Positions 1-13,447 of a DNA stretch of 64,000 bases are shown here, one piece after another (position 1 is the first letter of the stretch; each line of letters starts with the position of its first letter). The notes below the pieces were generated by a model, which did not search any database, was not told the origin of the DNA, and saw nothing but the letters and a program-made list of their open reading frames with translations. Both the position numbers and the translations under genes were made by a program. Source of the DNA: Octopus vulgaris (Eukaryota); contig OX597816.1 of the NCBI GenBank assembly GCA_951406725.2, forward strand, positions 41,478,001 through 41,542,000, read 5' to 3'.

Positions 1-1117
1 CACGTGTCTCTTCTTGTTCCGCTTATTACATTTTATTTCTCCGTATTCTTATCTGCCTATGCGGTTGCAGCTGTATCTGTTTATCTGTGTGTGCTTACGC
101 ATGCGTGTATGTACAACTGATTAGTAAGTGTGCTTACTATGTGTGCTTTGCGTGCTTGTATATGTCTTTCCATACTACGCTGTACCCGTGTCTTTTTTGT
201 CTATTTTGTTTATTTATTCCCTTCCTTACTCTCTCTTCATTCGTCAGAATGCGCAGTGTGGTGCAGTGGTGCGTGTTATTATTCCATTCATGTTTTCTGT
301 TGAAACTTGATCTGTGTATTACAACATGTGTCCTCCGTAATCTGTCTGAATATCATGTCTCTTCTATAATTGCTAATATCATAACATCTACGTTATTAAC
401 CGTGCCTCTATGTTCCAAACTGAGCATGTTGGTGGAACACTGACGAGCGTTTCTTCTCCTTTAGCGTTCACCTATCCTCTCACCTGTCCTACGTGTTGTC
501 TCCAAATTGTATTGTCTGGTTTCTGCACCCTCCATCACTACAAATTATACTGAAGACTACATTTCTGAAAGTTTACCTGTGGATTCATGGTACACTCCAT
601 ACAATTGCTATACATGCAGGGAGTACTTTCAGATACATATGTTGTACAGATCAGGGATGGATTTTACGGGGTCCCCGGGCTCTCTACTACTTTAATTTGT
701 AGATTCGTCATACCTAAGGTGTTTCTAAAAAGATGTGATAATTCGCCCCTAAGAAAAGATAAATCTATAGATAAATATAATAAATATTTAAAAGACATGA
801 ATGCAAACAGTATAATAAGTAAACCCATGAACACACACACAAAACACACATACTAAAAGCATAGACCCCCCACAGACGCACAGACACAGATACAGACGAG
901 AGCTCATAGAAATATACTGATGGCACTCCAGAAAGACAACACGGAATAAGCAGAAAAAGAGGAACGCGAGGGATAAAAGTCTTTGAAGCGGTCACAGGCT
1001 GTATGGCAAAAGAACTTGAACAAAAAAGGAAAATAAAAATAAGTTGAAATGACGACCAAATATATAATGCGTGCACTTAATTGACAAAAATATGACCATC
1101 CCCACGTATAGCAATAT

Positions 1118-1118
<1 letters not shown>

Positions 1119-1187
<69 letters not shown>

Positions 1188-1215
1188 ACACACACATACA
1201 CACATACAGACACAT
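1119..1215. repeat. (CA)n microsatellite
   Basis: Direct CA run; source of the HTHT/VCVC ORFs. Confidence 0.95.
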
Positions 1216-1317
1216 ACGCAAGCACTATGCACACACGCGCATATATCCGATCTGGACGGTATTTATATTCTATCAGAAATGGCCGACCAATTACTATATA
1301 TCCTCAATGCGGGAATG

Positions 1318-1450
1318 ATACTCAATTCATTGATCCCATAACAATGGAAGGCAACGTCTATCTGGGAGTAATTAGAACGGAGAATGTAAAGACGGAAAAA
1401 TACAATAAAGCATTTTGTCCCGCATGGTAACAATCCTGCTATTCACCCTC
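1318..1450 (-). mobile_element. Highly decayed SINE family A fragment
   Basis: attgatcccataacaatggaaggcaacgtctatctgggagtaattagaacggagaatgtaaagacgg is collinear with atcgaccccgaaaggatgaaaggcaaagtcgacctcggcggaatttgaactcagaacgt of younger copies (e.g. 43420-43650). Confidence 0.6.
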
Positions 1451-2293
1451 ATCCGGCATAACGGCATGAAAACAATTTATACTAAAACATAGAGTCCGTC
1501 TTCTCATATGGGGAAATTAAGCGAGCTTATTCAAATAGCATGAAGACCAACACCATTATAGAATAATAATAAACGTTATTTTATGGATTTAAGCCATAAT
1601 ATTGAGATAAGTCTAATGTTCAATGGCAGATAGTTAAGAAATTGCTCTAGCTTCGGTCACACTGATTATAACATATACATGCACATGTGTGTGTTTGTGT
1701 GTGTGTATGTGTGTATGTATGTATGTATGTATATATGCATAAACAGAAACTAGATTGCAGATATTGAACACATACATTTGATGACTGTGGAATAAAGAAA
1801 TGTCAACGATGAAAATGAACAATTATACGGATTTAGAATCAACTTCTGCAATTTTGACTAAATTTTCAGTTTCATAATTTAATTATCTGCAAATATGGAA
1901 TGAAGACAAGCTGTCTCTCCGAGTGGTCTTGTTAATTTACACTAGCTTTCAACCATAGGAATTTTAATGCATTATCTATTTTCTGTTCTTATTTTAAATT
2001 ATATCTCTTTCTGGCTATATTTACTCTGTCTTTCTAACACACTTTGCGTTGCAATATTCACAAAATTATACGTGTATATACCAATTAGTGGTTGAGAAAC
2101 AAACCTATGTAACTAATTAAGAGTCTAAGGTAAAGTCTCCCGCAGTTGATCAATACAATATATATGTGTGGTGTGTGTGTATGTGTGAGTATGTGTGTGT
2201 GAGTTTGCGTGCATATATTTATAGATAATTAGATAAAAAAATGTGTATGAACACTTGTAATATATCTCAGTGTATAACTATATATATCTCAGC

Positions 2294-2329
<36 letters not shown>

Positions 2330-2962
2330 GGATCATTTTGAATCCAATAAAATTGGAAATTTAAGGGAAAAAGTTATCATAACCAATTATTATGTTATCA
2401 AATTTTTATCAAGATGACAAATTTTAAAATATTAGATATTTATGACTAGAGTATTGTACATTCACCCATTTCTATAGACAATGCTAATTAGTTTGTTTAA
2501 ATGAGCTGCTTTCAACCTGAGGTGACATTTCAGTTTCATAGATTGGCGAACGGGGGGAAAGTGATTATATTTATTTATTTGATTATTTTTCACCAGGCTC
2601 CGTTTCTATTAGCTAAACATAAAAACGCATTGGCATTAAAGGTAAAAAAACCCCAAAAAACAAACAGAATCGCAGGAGTGAAAATCATAAAGAAATAAAA
2701 CAGCGCAAAATATTTTTCCCTGAGGGGACACTTCATGGAGATTTGAAAATATAATTAATTCTAATTAGCATTTGAAATTATGGAATTTTGTTTTTGAAAT
2801 GTTTCCTATATTCATTTTCTTCAGTTTTGCTCCCAAGTTGTGTCTTTTTAATACCAATACACAATATTCTGCCAATAATACGGTTAATGATTAATGCAAT
2901 AGTGGCCTCGATAATCAGAAGAATACTGATTTGGGATACAGAAAGATCATGTCTATATCAAA

Positions 2963-2963
2963 T

Positions 2964-2995
<32 letters not shown>

Positions 2996-3240
2996 AATAT
3001 TAATAATGATAACAATGATGACGCTGATGATGATGACACTAATAATAATAATAATAATAACAATAATAATAATAATAATTAATTATTATTATTATTATAT
3101 TATTTTTATTATTTTTATTATTATGATGATGACGATGATGATGATGATGATAACAACAGCAACAACAACAACAAAGGCAACAACAACAACAATAACAATG
3201 ATAATAATGATAATAATAATAATGATAATAACAATAATTG
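2963..3240. repeat. Compound (CAA)/(TAA)/(TTA)/(TGA) microsatellite
   Basis: Direct trinucleotide runs. Confidence 0.95.
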
Positions 3241-3889
3241 CAACGCAATGTGTGTTAGAGAGACAGAATACAAAAAAGAAAAGTTCAGAAATCCAAAAAT
3301 TCAACGAGTTGATCATTGGTGTATATATATATATATATATATATACATGATAATTTTTTTTTATCAGTAATTAAAAATACACCAAAGCGACTTAGTTATT
3401 TTCAAAATCAATGTCAGCTCTCTCATTAGTAGTAAATACATTTGAACTCTGCTGATTCCAAGGGTGTGAGGCCGCTTTTGTCTCCTTATCGCATATGAAT
3501 GCCCATTGCTGACCTCTTCCCCATCTACCGAATCTATTTACAGAACTGTGGAATTTAATCTATTCTTTAAGTTCCTACTATTCTCTTAAAAACGCTCATA
3601 TTTACGATCATCTCAATTACAAGACATAAGTTGAAACTAAACAACATTCAATATTACATTTCAATAATAAATGGAAATAATAATAACGATGGCAATAATG
3701 GTGAATGTGGTAATGATAATAAAATTAATTGGCCAAAACTAATGTAGGATCAGAGAAAATATTAATAAAGACAAATAGTAGTAAAAAATGAAAATAATAA
3801 TATCAGTGATGATAATAATAATAATAATAATGAAAGGAAGCGGTTGGAATCTCCGTATGCTCTGATTGATGGTATATCTAGTGATGGTA

Positions 3890-5620
3890 TCATAATAATA
3901 ACAATGGTTATTGCGCAACCTGATAATTCCTACCTCATATGCGTGACAATGAAAAAAGAAAATATTGTGAATAACGGTGGTAATGAAACTGAAGCCCTTG
4001 ATGGTAACAATGTTGCACTCGGCAGGCTCAGAGATACTGGTCCGACTCCAGTCTGTCGTTATTCAGCAAGGAGCCAGCACTCACAGCGCAGATACAGCAA
4101 ACAAATCAATGCTGTGGTCATGGAGTGTTACTACCTGAGCAACCCCGTAGACGAAAATGGTGTCCATCTTAGGGGGAACCGACAGCGTATGCATGATCAA
4201 TGGGGAGAAAGAGGATTGTTCCAACTCACGGAACAGAGATTATCTGATCAACCTAAGACAATAAGAAACAAATCGTTGGTTCACAGAAGTAGAGCTCGAA
4301 GCTATCAAAAGACAAGTATTGGAAAACCGCAGCAGATGAAACGATGAAAATATAGTTCCTACTGATAAAAGTAATCTCATAGCAGAAAACAGTGGTGAAA
4401 GCTCTAATAAACCACAGGTAATTAACAGTGATATATTGTTCTATGAGAGATATATTGATGGTTTGAAAGAAGACAATAAAACTAATGGTGAAATGATAGA
4501 TGGGCAAAAGGCAATCTACGACACAATACAAACAAGGCTACAGGAGAACGATAGCGACATTATTTGCAACCTTACAAAGGTTGATCGGTGTAAACTGAAC
4601 CAAGAAACAAAAGATGTGAATGAAATTCTGAAATACATCAGAACAAAAACAACAAAGAAAGAAATAATTTGATCAAGGCAGCAAGTATTGTTGAAGAAGA
4701 AAGTGTTGATGTCAAGAAAAAGAAATATAATGGGAATGATAAGAGAAAGATCCATGGTGGAAAAGAAGAATACAGGCGAGGTTAGATATGCTCTCGAATG
4801 AGATTTCTGTGTTAGACCGAAAAGGAAAGGGGGAGCTTAAAAGCAAAGTATAATATTGAACGAAAGGGCGTGAAGTTGGTAATGGAGAAACTGAAACAGC
4901 GCCTCGTTGAAAAGCAAGCAAATATGATACGATAAACCAATGCAGACAAGTAACTTCAGAGTGGTTGACAATTGGTGGGACAGTCCTGTTCTTGAAAAAC
5001 ATTGAAAAAATCTATACGATAAACAATTACATGCAGATATCCTGCTTGCCACTTATATAGAAATTACTGGCTAGATTAGTCGAAGATTCAACTTACGGAA
5101 ATCTGGAAAAAAAATGGAGTCCTACCACATGAGCAGAAATGTTGCAAGCGTATGTGCAGAAGTACCAAAGAACAACTAGTAGACAAATCAGTACTTAGAG
5201 ATTGCAAGAAGATTATCGTAAGGCATACGATATGATCTAACATTCTTGGATTATGGAATGTATGAACCTATTTGGTATTGTGTAGAATGTCGAGCGATTG
5301 CGTGGAAAAATTATGGTCAAGTGGAGGACAGAACCAACAGCATACGTGGATCTAAAACCAGAAACAATTTCTCTCGTAATAGGCGCATTAGGCATAATAA
5401 AAAAATATTCAGACAAATACAGGACAACAACACCAGGACTAACAAGTATGTGCAGCATACAGAAAATCGCACTACTAGGTACTGCACACAACCAACGTAT
5501 AACACTTTCAATACAGTAACTATAAGACAATCACAACAAACTAGAGTACATACCCAAGGCACGCAGTGCCGCGCTCGGTAGTGCACTGAAAGCACGTTAT
5601 TAAAAGTAAGAATACTGAAT
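3890..5620 (+). mobile_element. Internally deleted, decayed R4/Dong-type (RLE) non-LTR retrotransposon
   Basis: N-terminal MECYYLSNP..RGNRQRMHDQWGERGLFQLTEQRLSDQ; PWWKRRIQ; RT-start remnant EQKC..TKEQL..DKSVLRDCKK (~5130-5210); C-terminus ISLVIGALGIIKK..IQKIALLGTAH..TLSIQ*; 3'UTR ends in (TAA)n; many stops and frameshifts. Confidence 0.85.
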
Positions 5621-5676
5621 AATGATAATAATAATAATAATAGTAATAATAATAATAATAATGATGATGACGATGA

Positions 5677-5730
<54 letters not shown>

Positions 5731-5748
5731 CACTACTACCACTACCAT

Positions 5749-5780
<32 letters not shown>

Positions 5781-5804
5781 TTACTGCTACTGCTGCTGCT
5801 GCTG

Positions 5805-5882
<78 letters not shown>

Positions 5883-5884
5883 TT
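5618..5884. repeat. Compound (TAA)/(TGA)/(CTA)/(CTG) microsatellite
   Basis: Direct; continues from the LINE 3' tail. Confidence 0.95.
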
Positions 5885-5904
5885 GTCAGCAATTCTGATT
5901 TTAT

Positions 5905-7020
5905 AATGCCGCCATATTATCCAATGTAGATATTGGTTAAATTTGTCAGGCCTTCATTTGTACTCTACAGGTGCTAATGCTTTACGTCCAGAGAACAGGT
6001 GGTCTACTGTTTCAATCCCGTCGTTGCAGTATCAGCACTTTGGGTCTACACCATTTTTCATCATATTGGCTTGATAGTTCCTGGTCAATAAGCTCTGATT
6101 TTGGACAGCCAAGGTAAAGTCTTGACTCTCTGCTTTTAGTCTTGAGCTGCTCCGTAGCCACTGATGAGTGTGCTTCTGTTCTACATCAGCTTGCTTGCTA
6201 CGGGCCACAAATTTGTCATGCAGACGGTTTTGGTCCCTCCTATCAGCGAATTGTTCAAATGCATTTTGCTTTGCTATTGATTTCACCTTTTTTGCAACTA
6301 CGGTTGTTGCACTTCCATCATGCTATTCAGCCTGGGTTTTACGCATAAACTCTCTTGAAATCTACTTTACTCTCCTTCATAACGGAATGAATCTTCGAAC
6401 GTCTTTCACGGTTTTCATCGTACCTTAGCATACAGTCGTTAGATGTTTCCAGATATTTTGCCAGTCCAGTTCTAATGGATTTGTAGGAAATTTCAAACTG
6501 GATCAAGCTTCGACCTCCTTGAGCTCTGGATAAGTAAAGGCGATATGTGTCTGCGTTTGAGTGGTGCATCCTATTGCAAGTTTTCAACTTACGGATTTCC
6601 TTGTTAATCTTCATTATTTCGCTCATATTCCAGTTCAACATATTGAACCAGTTAATAAAAACTGCTAAGGAATTTATAGCTAACATCTTGTTATGCGCAT
6701 TTAATTCGGATTTTAGGACCGCTCGAACTCTCCTATAACACTCCTTCCTGACCTTCGCTTTCATACGTGCCTGCTGATTATCAGAGCCCTCATTTATTCC
6801 GAGGGATTTGTAAATTTGTTCCTGCTCGAGTTCTTTTAATGATTGTATTAACGTCCAATATCACTGAATGTGAGGTCTTCAATTTCCCTTCCTGGAAAGT
6901 GGCTTTGGCACATTTATCGAGACCAAATTCCAACCAGATGTCATCACCGAATGCTTTCAAAGAAAGTAGTAGCCCTTCAAGCTCATTATCGTTTTTGCCA
7001 TAGAGTTTTGAGTCATCCAT
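5905..7020 (-). mobile_element. R4/Dong-type LINE fragment: RT C-terminal half, thumb and CCHC region
   Basis: YMDDSKLYGKN..EFGLDKCAKATF; KECYRRVRAVLKSELNAHNKMLAINSLAV; LYLSRAQGGRSLIQ; HQWLRSS..LKAESQDFTLAVQNQSLLTRNYQ..DPKC. Confidence 0.9.
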
Positions 7021-7210
7021 ATATTCCTTCTTCTTGGTGACTCCTTTAGATTCATGTTCGTACCACTTCTATGTTTTGTACAAGACGTACTTTTCACATA
7101 GCTTCCAGTGTACGAACTTAGCCACGTTATCGTGCCTCTTTTTGTAGTGCTTTTCAGCTAGCTTGCTACACTCTCAATATGTATTTTGCTTCTGCAGCCA
7201 TAATCCTACA
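7021..7210 (-). mobile_element. Second R4/Dong-type fragment (post-CCHC region)
   Basis: Minus strand reads SKLAEKHYKKRHDNVAKFVHWKLCEKY..KWYEHESKGV. Confidence 0.75.
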
Positions 7211-7217
7211 TGGTGGA

Positions 7218-7218
7218 T

Positions 7219-7276
<58 letters not shown>

Positions 7277-7280
7277 GCTG

Positions 7281-7325
<45 letters not shown>

Positions 7326-7395
7326 TCATCATGATCCTCATGATCCATTATCAACATCATCATGATCATGATGATTATGATGATCATTATTATAA

Positions 7396-7442
<47 letters not shown>

Positions 7443-7445
7443 GAT
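7218..7445. repeat. Compound (CTA)/(ATC)/(TTA) microsatellite
   Basis: Direct. Confidence 0.95.
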
Positions 7446-8350
7446 TTTATTGCAGTAAAATTTGGCACTTTCAGGTCAGTAGCAGGTACGGGACAACCAG
7501 ATTTCTTCAGATTTCCAGAGAATTTTCTCGGAACGTTCCTCTAAATAGTGTTGGTGGCTGAAACTCTATCTTGGATATATGTTTGGATTGCGTGGGTCTA
7601 GCTGATAAGAGGTGGTGCAAACCCTAGGAAAGCTGGTCAGGTATTTCTAGCTGCCTGAGAGTTAATAAATTCTTCTTGGTGTTGTTGCATTGAATGTGTT
7701 TCGGAAGCTCTGTGAATTAGTGATTTGCCTTCTTTTGAAAGTCTGTTTTAGTCGGTTTATTGTTCCACCTTCTTTTTAGTTGATCTGTGCTATAAAGGAC
7801 GGTCCAGTCTCAAAAAGATAGTATTCCTTTTCGATATATAGCAAAATTCTCAAAATAGTGTCATGTTTGCCCACTAGCAAGGAATGTGGGCGAACATGTG
7901 CATCTCTGATCACGAGCAGAAATTTTGATGATGAAACCGTCTTTCATTCACATCTTCTATCACACAATACCACTCACATAGCAGCTATTAAAAATAGTTT
8001 CATCAATGTCAAATATCAAAAACAACAGTAGCACAATAAGTGACAGCAATAACGACAGTCGCAGTAGCCAGAGAATGACATGTCAATCAAGGAAGCTTGC
8101 AAAATCACCAGTGGCAAAATGTCGTTCAATACCATTATTATAGTATCAGGCTGTAGCAGCATACATAAAATCGCCGCCACAATTATCAATAACGGAGGCG
8201 ACAACGGTGATAGCAACAACAACAGAAGCAGTGGAAGTAGCAAAGAATAATAATTTTTTCGATATCACTAATGCTTTCGATATCATCTCACCAGAAAAAA
8301 ATCTTGCATGAATATTGAGAAATCGCGAAACACATCATCAGATTTGAAGA

Positions 8351-8512
8351 GAGCACCCTTTATACCAAAGCGGCACCCTTTATACCAAAGCGGCACCATT
8401 TAGACGAAAGCGGCACCCTTTAGACCAAAGCGGCAGTCTTTATACCAAAGCGGCACCCTTTAGACCAAAGCGGCATCCTTTAGACCAAAGCGGCACCCTT
8501 TCGACCAAAGCG
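8351..8512. repeat. 20-bp minisatellite, 8 copies (cggcaccctttagaccaaag)
   Basis: Eight in-register units with 0-3 substitutions each and no spacers. Confidence 0.95.
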
Positions 8513-9754
8513 AAAGAAAGGGTATCTGTATACAATGTTGCCGACGAGGAGAGGCAAATATAAACGTATAACGTCAGGCTCAGCAAATTCTGTTTAAGAA
8601 ATACATGGCGAGAAGTGAAATATGTGCCATATGCATTTAAGTTTGGATATTTTCGTGTTATTTTTCATTCGGAAAACCTAGTCAAGAAGCATTCAACTGT
8701 CAAACAATGAAGTTTTCACACTGTTACCAATACTGTTTTCGACGGAGAGTGAACTGAAAAAATCTCAGATATAACAGAGGGGAAAGATTTGATATTGGGA
8801 AAATGCAAGGCTTGTGAAAGGCCTGGCCCGCTCCAAAATATATATATTGTTTACGGAAAGATAATTCGATTGTGATGTAGTCGGATATACTAATTCAGGT
8901 GAAATTTTTAACACTGAAAAAGCCATCGACCTAACAGAGATACCATGAGGGTGGCAATTATAGGTAGTTGCTGGGCTTAGTTTTGTCTTGATATTGCAGT
9001 TATGAAAATGCTAAATGGAAAACGTTCTACTCCCAACAGCAACAAAAGAAAGCAACACCTGAAAAGAGGCCCCTACTACTGCCAATACCACATTCGATAT
9101 CATCAAAACAATGGTAGCAACCACGACAAAACAATCCAGCAACTTTAACAACGTTAACCATTTGCAACTAGCGATTGAAGAACCAGCTACAAGCGAGTTC
9201 ATAGCTCAAAAATAACAGCAACAGCAACAAACATCACCCCCAGGAACTACTAAATCCTGAAAAAATGAACCACATCTGGGAGTCCTGAGAAACAACAACA
9301 ACAAAAGCATAGACATGCTCCTTCAGACTTGGTATCACTAGTAGCGAAGGGGTAGGTGGGTGGCGTAAATGGTAAAAAAAAATCATCAATGCAAATATAA
9401 GAATGTCAAAAAAAAATATTTCGACAAATTACACAGTCATAGACACAACGGTAATGGACTAAATTATTACAGAGAACAATATACAAACATCACAAAATAA
9501 CTATATTGCTTTACGTTATAAAATTCCAGTACACAACAATATCTAAATATTACAAAACATAACGATCTTGAAACATAAAATCCCTAAAGAAAAATGCGAC
9601 TTCGGGGGAAATATAAAGAATAGACGGATAAATAATCATTTATGGAACCCCAATCCGGAATATATGCAGGGACAGAATACCTTGCTCTTAGCAGCGTAAA
9701 GATAAATCAGTTCGTTCTAATGTCTCCTTTCATCCAATCGCGTTACATTGAATA

Positions 9755-10190
9755 GACAACATTAATGCATGTGGCCTAGGTCATCATAGAAGGAGAGCTA
9801 CCCGCTGAACAACTTGAGGTCTCTTGATATAGGTGTTTTGGACCTCTGTGAGACCAAAACATCTGAGCTACTAGTCTTCACGCCCATTGTCAATAAATAC
9901 GATACCTAAGACTCGACCGGGATTGTATACACGAGTGCCCGTGGTGTTTCGAGTGATATGTATATCACGATTTTCATTGAGATGAAGTGTTAGCTGGTGG
10001 TCCTAAATTTGAGCGGCGTAAAAAATTATGGATTTTACACTGGTAGTTATTTACATGCCGTCAGGTGCAGGTTGATGACATTTCTTCAGGTATCCTGAGG
10101 TGTTTCACATAACGCTCCCACCGACATCGATGAAGTAATATTCCTGTCAGAGACTACTGGCGATGTAAATGATCATCATTTCCTACAAAT
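9755..10190 (+). mobile_element. Decayed APE endonuclease of an L1/Tx1-like LINE
   Basis: NINACGLG..(frameshift)LNNLRSLDIGVLDLCETK; LVVIYMPSG..FF; GDVN (GDFN-like), in APE motif order. Confidence 0.6.
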
Positions 10191-12405
10191 TCTGAAGCCT
10201 TCTGATTATGTTGAAAAAATATTAAAATTTGACTTCGAATTTTATGTAACGTGTTCTAAAAGAGGTATCATTCGACTGAATGTTTAATTTCAATGTAGTG
10301 TAGTTATAATCGTGTGTATAGATATTTCATCACAATCTACTATCTTAAGTCCGCTATCGATTCTTGTGCAATATATAGACAAAAGGTTAGATATTTATCA
10401 TTGCAGCATAGTATGCTAAATGGGCATATATTGTCAGGTAGCAAGATTTAGACAATCCATGTCCTTTCTATGATAGAGTAGGGTTGTCAATATTTCTGGC
10501 CGTTGTTGAACCAATAATGTTATCATTAAATTTTTTTTTTACATGCCTATTAAACCTGTTACAACTCTTTTTCTAGAACTGTCAGCATATTTCTTAACGA
10601 GCATATGTACTAGCAGAAAGAGAGAACAAATATACGGATATATTCACTCTTCCCAACGGTAAGAAAACCAGAAAAACTAAATTATTTTTCTTTGACCAAT
10701 TGCAAATTTGTAACTGATTATATCTTTTTATTTTCGTTGTTTCCTTGCAGTTGAATTGTGGCCCCAGTGCACCTAAAACAAGACATGTTTTCAGATTTAA
10801 TACGTAGCATTTTTGATGTTGGAAAATAATTCATTTAGTTACTTCTTGCATATCAAGATTTCCAGGATATCGACCAAGAAGAGTTCTCTGATTCTGTTTT
10901 CCATCTGATATGTTTTTTAGAACTATTTTGATTGTTTCCTTTATATATTACACTGTCTTTCCTATCGAAAATATATCTGTCTTCTGTTATACAAAATCAT
11001 AAAAAGAGATGGAACTATAAAGAGATAAATATAGACATCGAGATCGATAATTGTTGGTGTGGATATAATTTGTTGACCGACGACTGCTAACAGAGACCAC
11101 GAAAAAACACCAAAAACAAACAAAACAGAAAACAAAATCCATCTGTTTAAAAGCTTTACTGTGTGAAGATAACACATAAAGAAGTGCTGCTGCGTTTCAA
11201 ATGTTTGTCCGCCAACCTACAACATCATATGCCTACAAATCAACTTTGAATATCTAACATTACTAATACAAAAAAGGAAAATATATATGCCATTTTTAAC
11301 CACCTAGTTAGAATAGGAATTACGTCTCGCATGCAACAATTGCAGGAAATGAAAGACAGATACGAGAAAAGGGAACAATAATCTCTTAGATTATTCTCAA
11401 AACATGCTCTAATCTGGATATTAGTAAAATGGTGGGTTATGGGACAAAAAAACACTAACGAATAGATTTTAGAATACGTAATATGGTGGTGAAATTAAGA
11501 ACAGCAGAGGGGGGGCTAATCACGAATGTAAAACGTAGAAGAGCGTGACGTAATAACGGACCGATGATTTTTCATATTATTGACACCTTGTGCATTTTTT
11601 GAGTGTGAGTAAGACCGCAGAATAAGCGGGATATAGATATCCACAGTGCAGTGCTTACATAAATGCGAAGCTAAAATATATCTCTCTATCCTGTGCTAGT
11701 GTCCTGGCTGCGAAAGCTATAAAACGTCCGCGTCAAGCTAGAATAAAATATGGATAATGAAATGCTGATGAGCACAAATAAACTTAATGTGAATAAAATA
11801 CTTCTGTAAAAACTCGTTTCATCTACTTTATTCAGACTCTGTATTTTGCAATCTATGTAAATATTCTCTTACTTGTAGTTACCTATCTGTCTGTCTATAT
11901 GTCTATCTATCGATTGTGCTTTTAAGAGGAGTACGGAATGACCGACCTCTTACTTACTATTGCATAGTTGCATAGTAGCGTGTGTAAATCAACTATTTCA
12001 TAGTTCTTATGGTTATCTGTTCACTTTTTTTCTTTCTCTTTTGGATGGTTTTGTTACGAGTCCTGGGCCCGTTTTTACAGTGTTTACATCTTTAACTCAA
12101 CACCGCCTATGGACATGTGTTGATGTTCCTTTCATAGTTATAGTTGTTATTGATGTATCAGTGAGAGACCAATAAGAAGTAGCAATGCTCTTATATGTAG
12201 AGGTCTTATATAAATATAGATGTATAAATAATTAAATTTTAAAATTGAAAATTCTACTCACAGGCTTGTAGTTCTCGCATAGAAACACTGCAATCCATGT
12301 GTTTACATTTTCACGCACATGGTGCTGGGGCGGTGCATCTGGGTGGAGGCTATTACTTCTCTATATGTATATATATATATGTATAAATATATATAATATA
12401 TATAT

Positions 12406-12476
<71 letters not shown>

Positions 12477-12479
<3 letters not shown>

Positions 12480-12966
12480 AAAGCAATTAAGATTCAAGTC
12501 AGTTCTAATGAATTCACTTGAATGCGGTACTTAACTTAGATGCACCAGAAAACTATATGGTATTAACCATACAATAATGTGGGGTGATTATAAACGAGAA
12601 AAAAGCAACAAGAATGGATTAGTTTTTTTAGTACAATTGTTTCATACAAAGACAAGCTTTATTAAAAGCTGCAAATATTGCAGCAAATACACGTGTCCCG
12701 TACTCATCAGCTAAAACACATATGAGTTCTCCAAGCATCCTAGTGGGTGAGGCTACACTCATGAAGTATCGGAGATAGTTCTATAAAAAGCAAATTTAGG
12801 TTGTAAGCGGACTTCCAAAGGATGCTTGGAGAACTCATATGTGTTTTAGCTGATGAGTACGGGACACTTGTATTTGCTGCAATATTTGCAGCTTTTAATA
12901 AAGCTTGTCTTTGTATGAAACAATTGTACTAAAAGAACTAATCCATTCTTGTTGCTTTTTTCTCGT
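12477..12966. mobile_element. Head-to-head hammerhead-bearing element (Penelope-like pLTR/retrozyme-like) in (TA)n
   Basis: 148-bp inverted arms 12594-12741 / 12819-12966 with ~2 mismatches; (TA)n on both sides. Confidence 0.85.
12844..12934 (+). ncRNA. Type I hammerhead ribozyme (mirror copy on minus strand at 12626-12716)
   Basis: ttttag CTGATGA gtac[52 nt]gtat GAAA caattg TA^ ctaaaa; stem I ttttag/ctaaaa; palindromic stem III caattg. Confidence 0.8.
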
Positions 12967-13244
12967 ATATATATATATATATATATAATCCATACAAAAC
13001 AAATCTTTCAGCTTGTAGAGATGACTCACATCATGACATAATTTTCTTTATTGTGGATTCTTAATTCATACTTTGGGATGGTTTTAGATTTGATCCATCT
13101 TCCCGAGAGCTCAATGTCACTCGTCCATGCAGTTTGGTATTGGCTGCGGTATTCTCTTATGGACCCGTTTTTACACCGCTTAATTTTTTTAACTGAACAC
13201 CACCCATGGACATTTGTTGATGTTTCTTTCGTAGTTATAATTAT

Positions 13245-13447
13245 ACTTTTCTACTCTAGGTACAGGGCCCGAAATTTTGGTGGGCGAAAACGGTCGATTA
13301 GATCGACGCTAGTACGCAACTGGTACATAATTTATAGAATTCCAAGGTGAAAGTCGACATCGGCGGAATTTGAAATCAGAACATAAAAACAGGAAATATC
13401 GCTAAGCATTTCGCCCGGGTTGCTAACGTTCGTGCCAGCTCGCCGCA
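13245..13447 (-). mobile_element. SINE family A with 17-bp TSD
   Basis: Family consensus; ttcgtagttataattat at 13228-13244 and 13448-13464. Confidence 0.9.

Noticed and set aside
2500-2610. Minus-strand ctggtga..gaaac as a hammerhead next to (TA)n
   Set aside because: Core and cleavage triplet are both deviant and the stems unconvincing
8351-8512. CRISPR-like array
   Set aside because: Contiguous tandem units with no unique spacers; eukaryotic context; no cas genes
11757-11822. atgaaatg CTGATGA gcaca..tgtg..cgtttcat as a hammerhead
   Set aside because: Stem I/II-like pairing exists, but there is no GAAA or stem III/NTH in register; at most a very decayed relic
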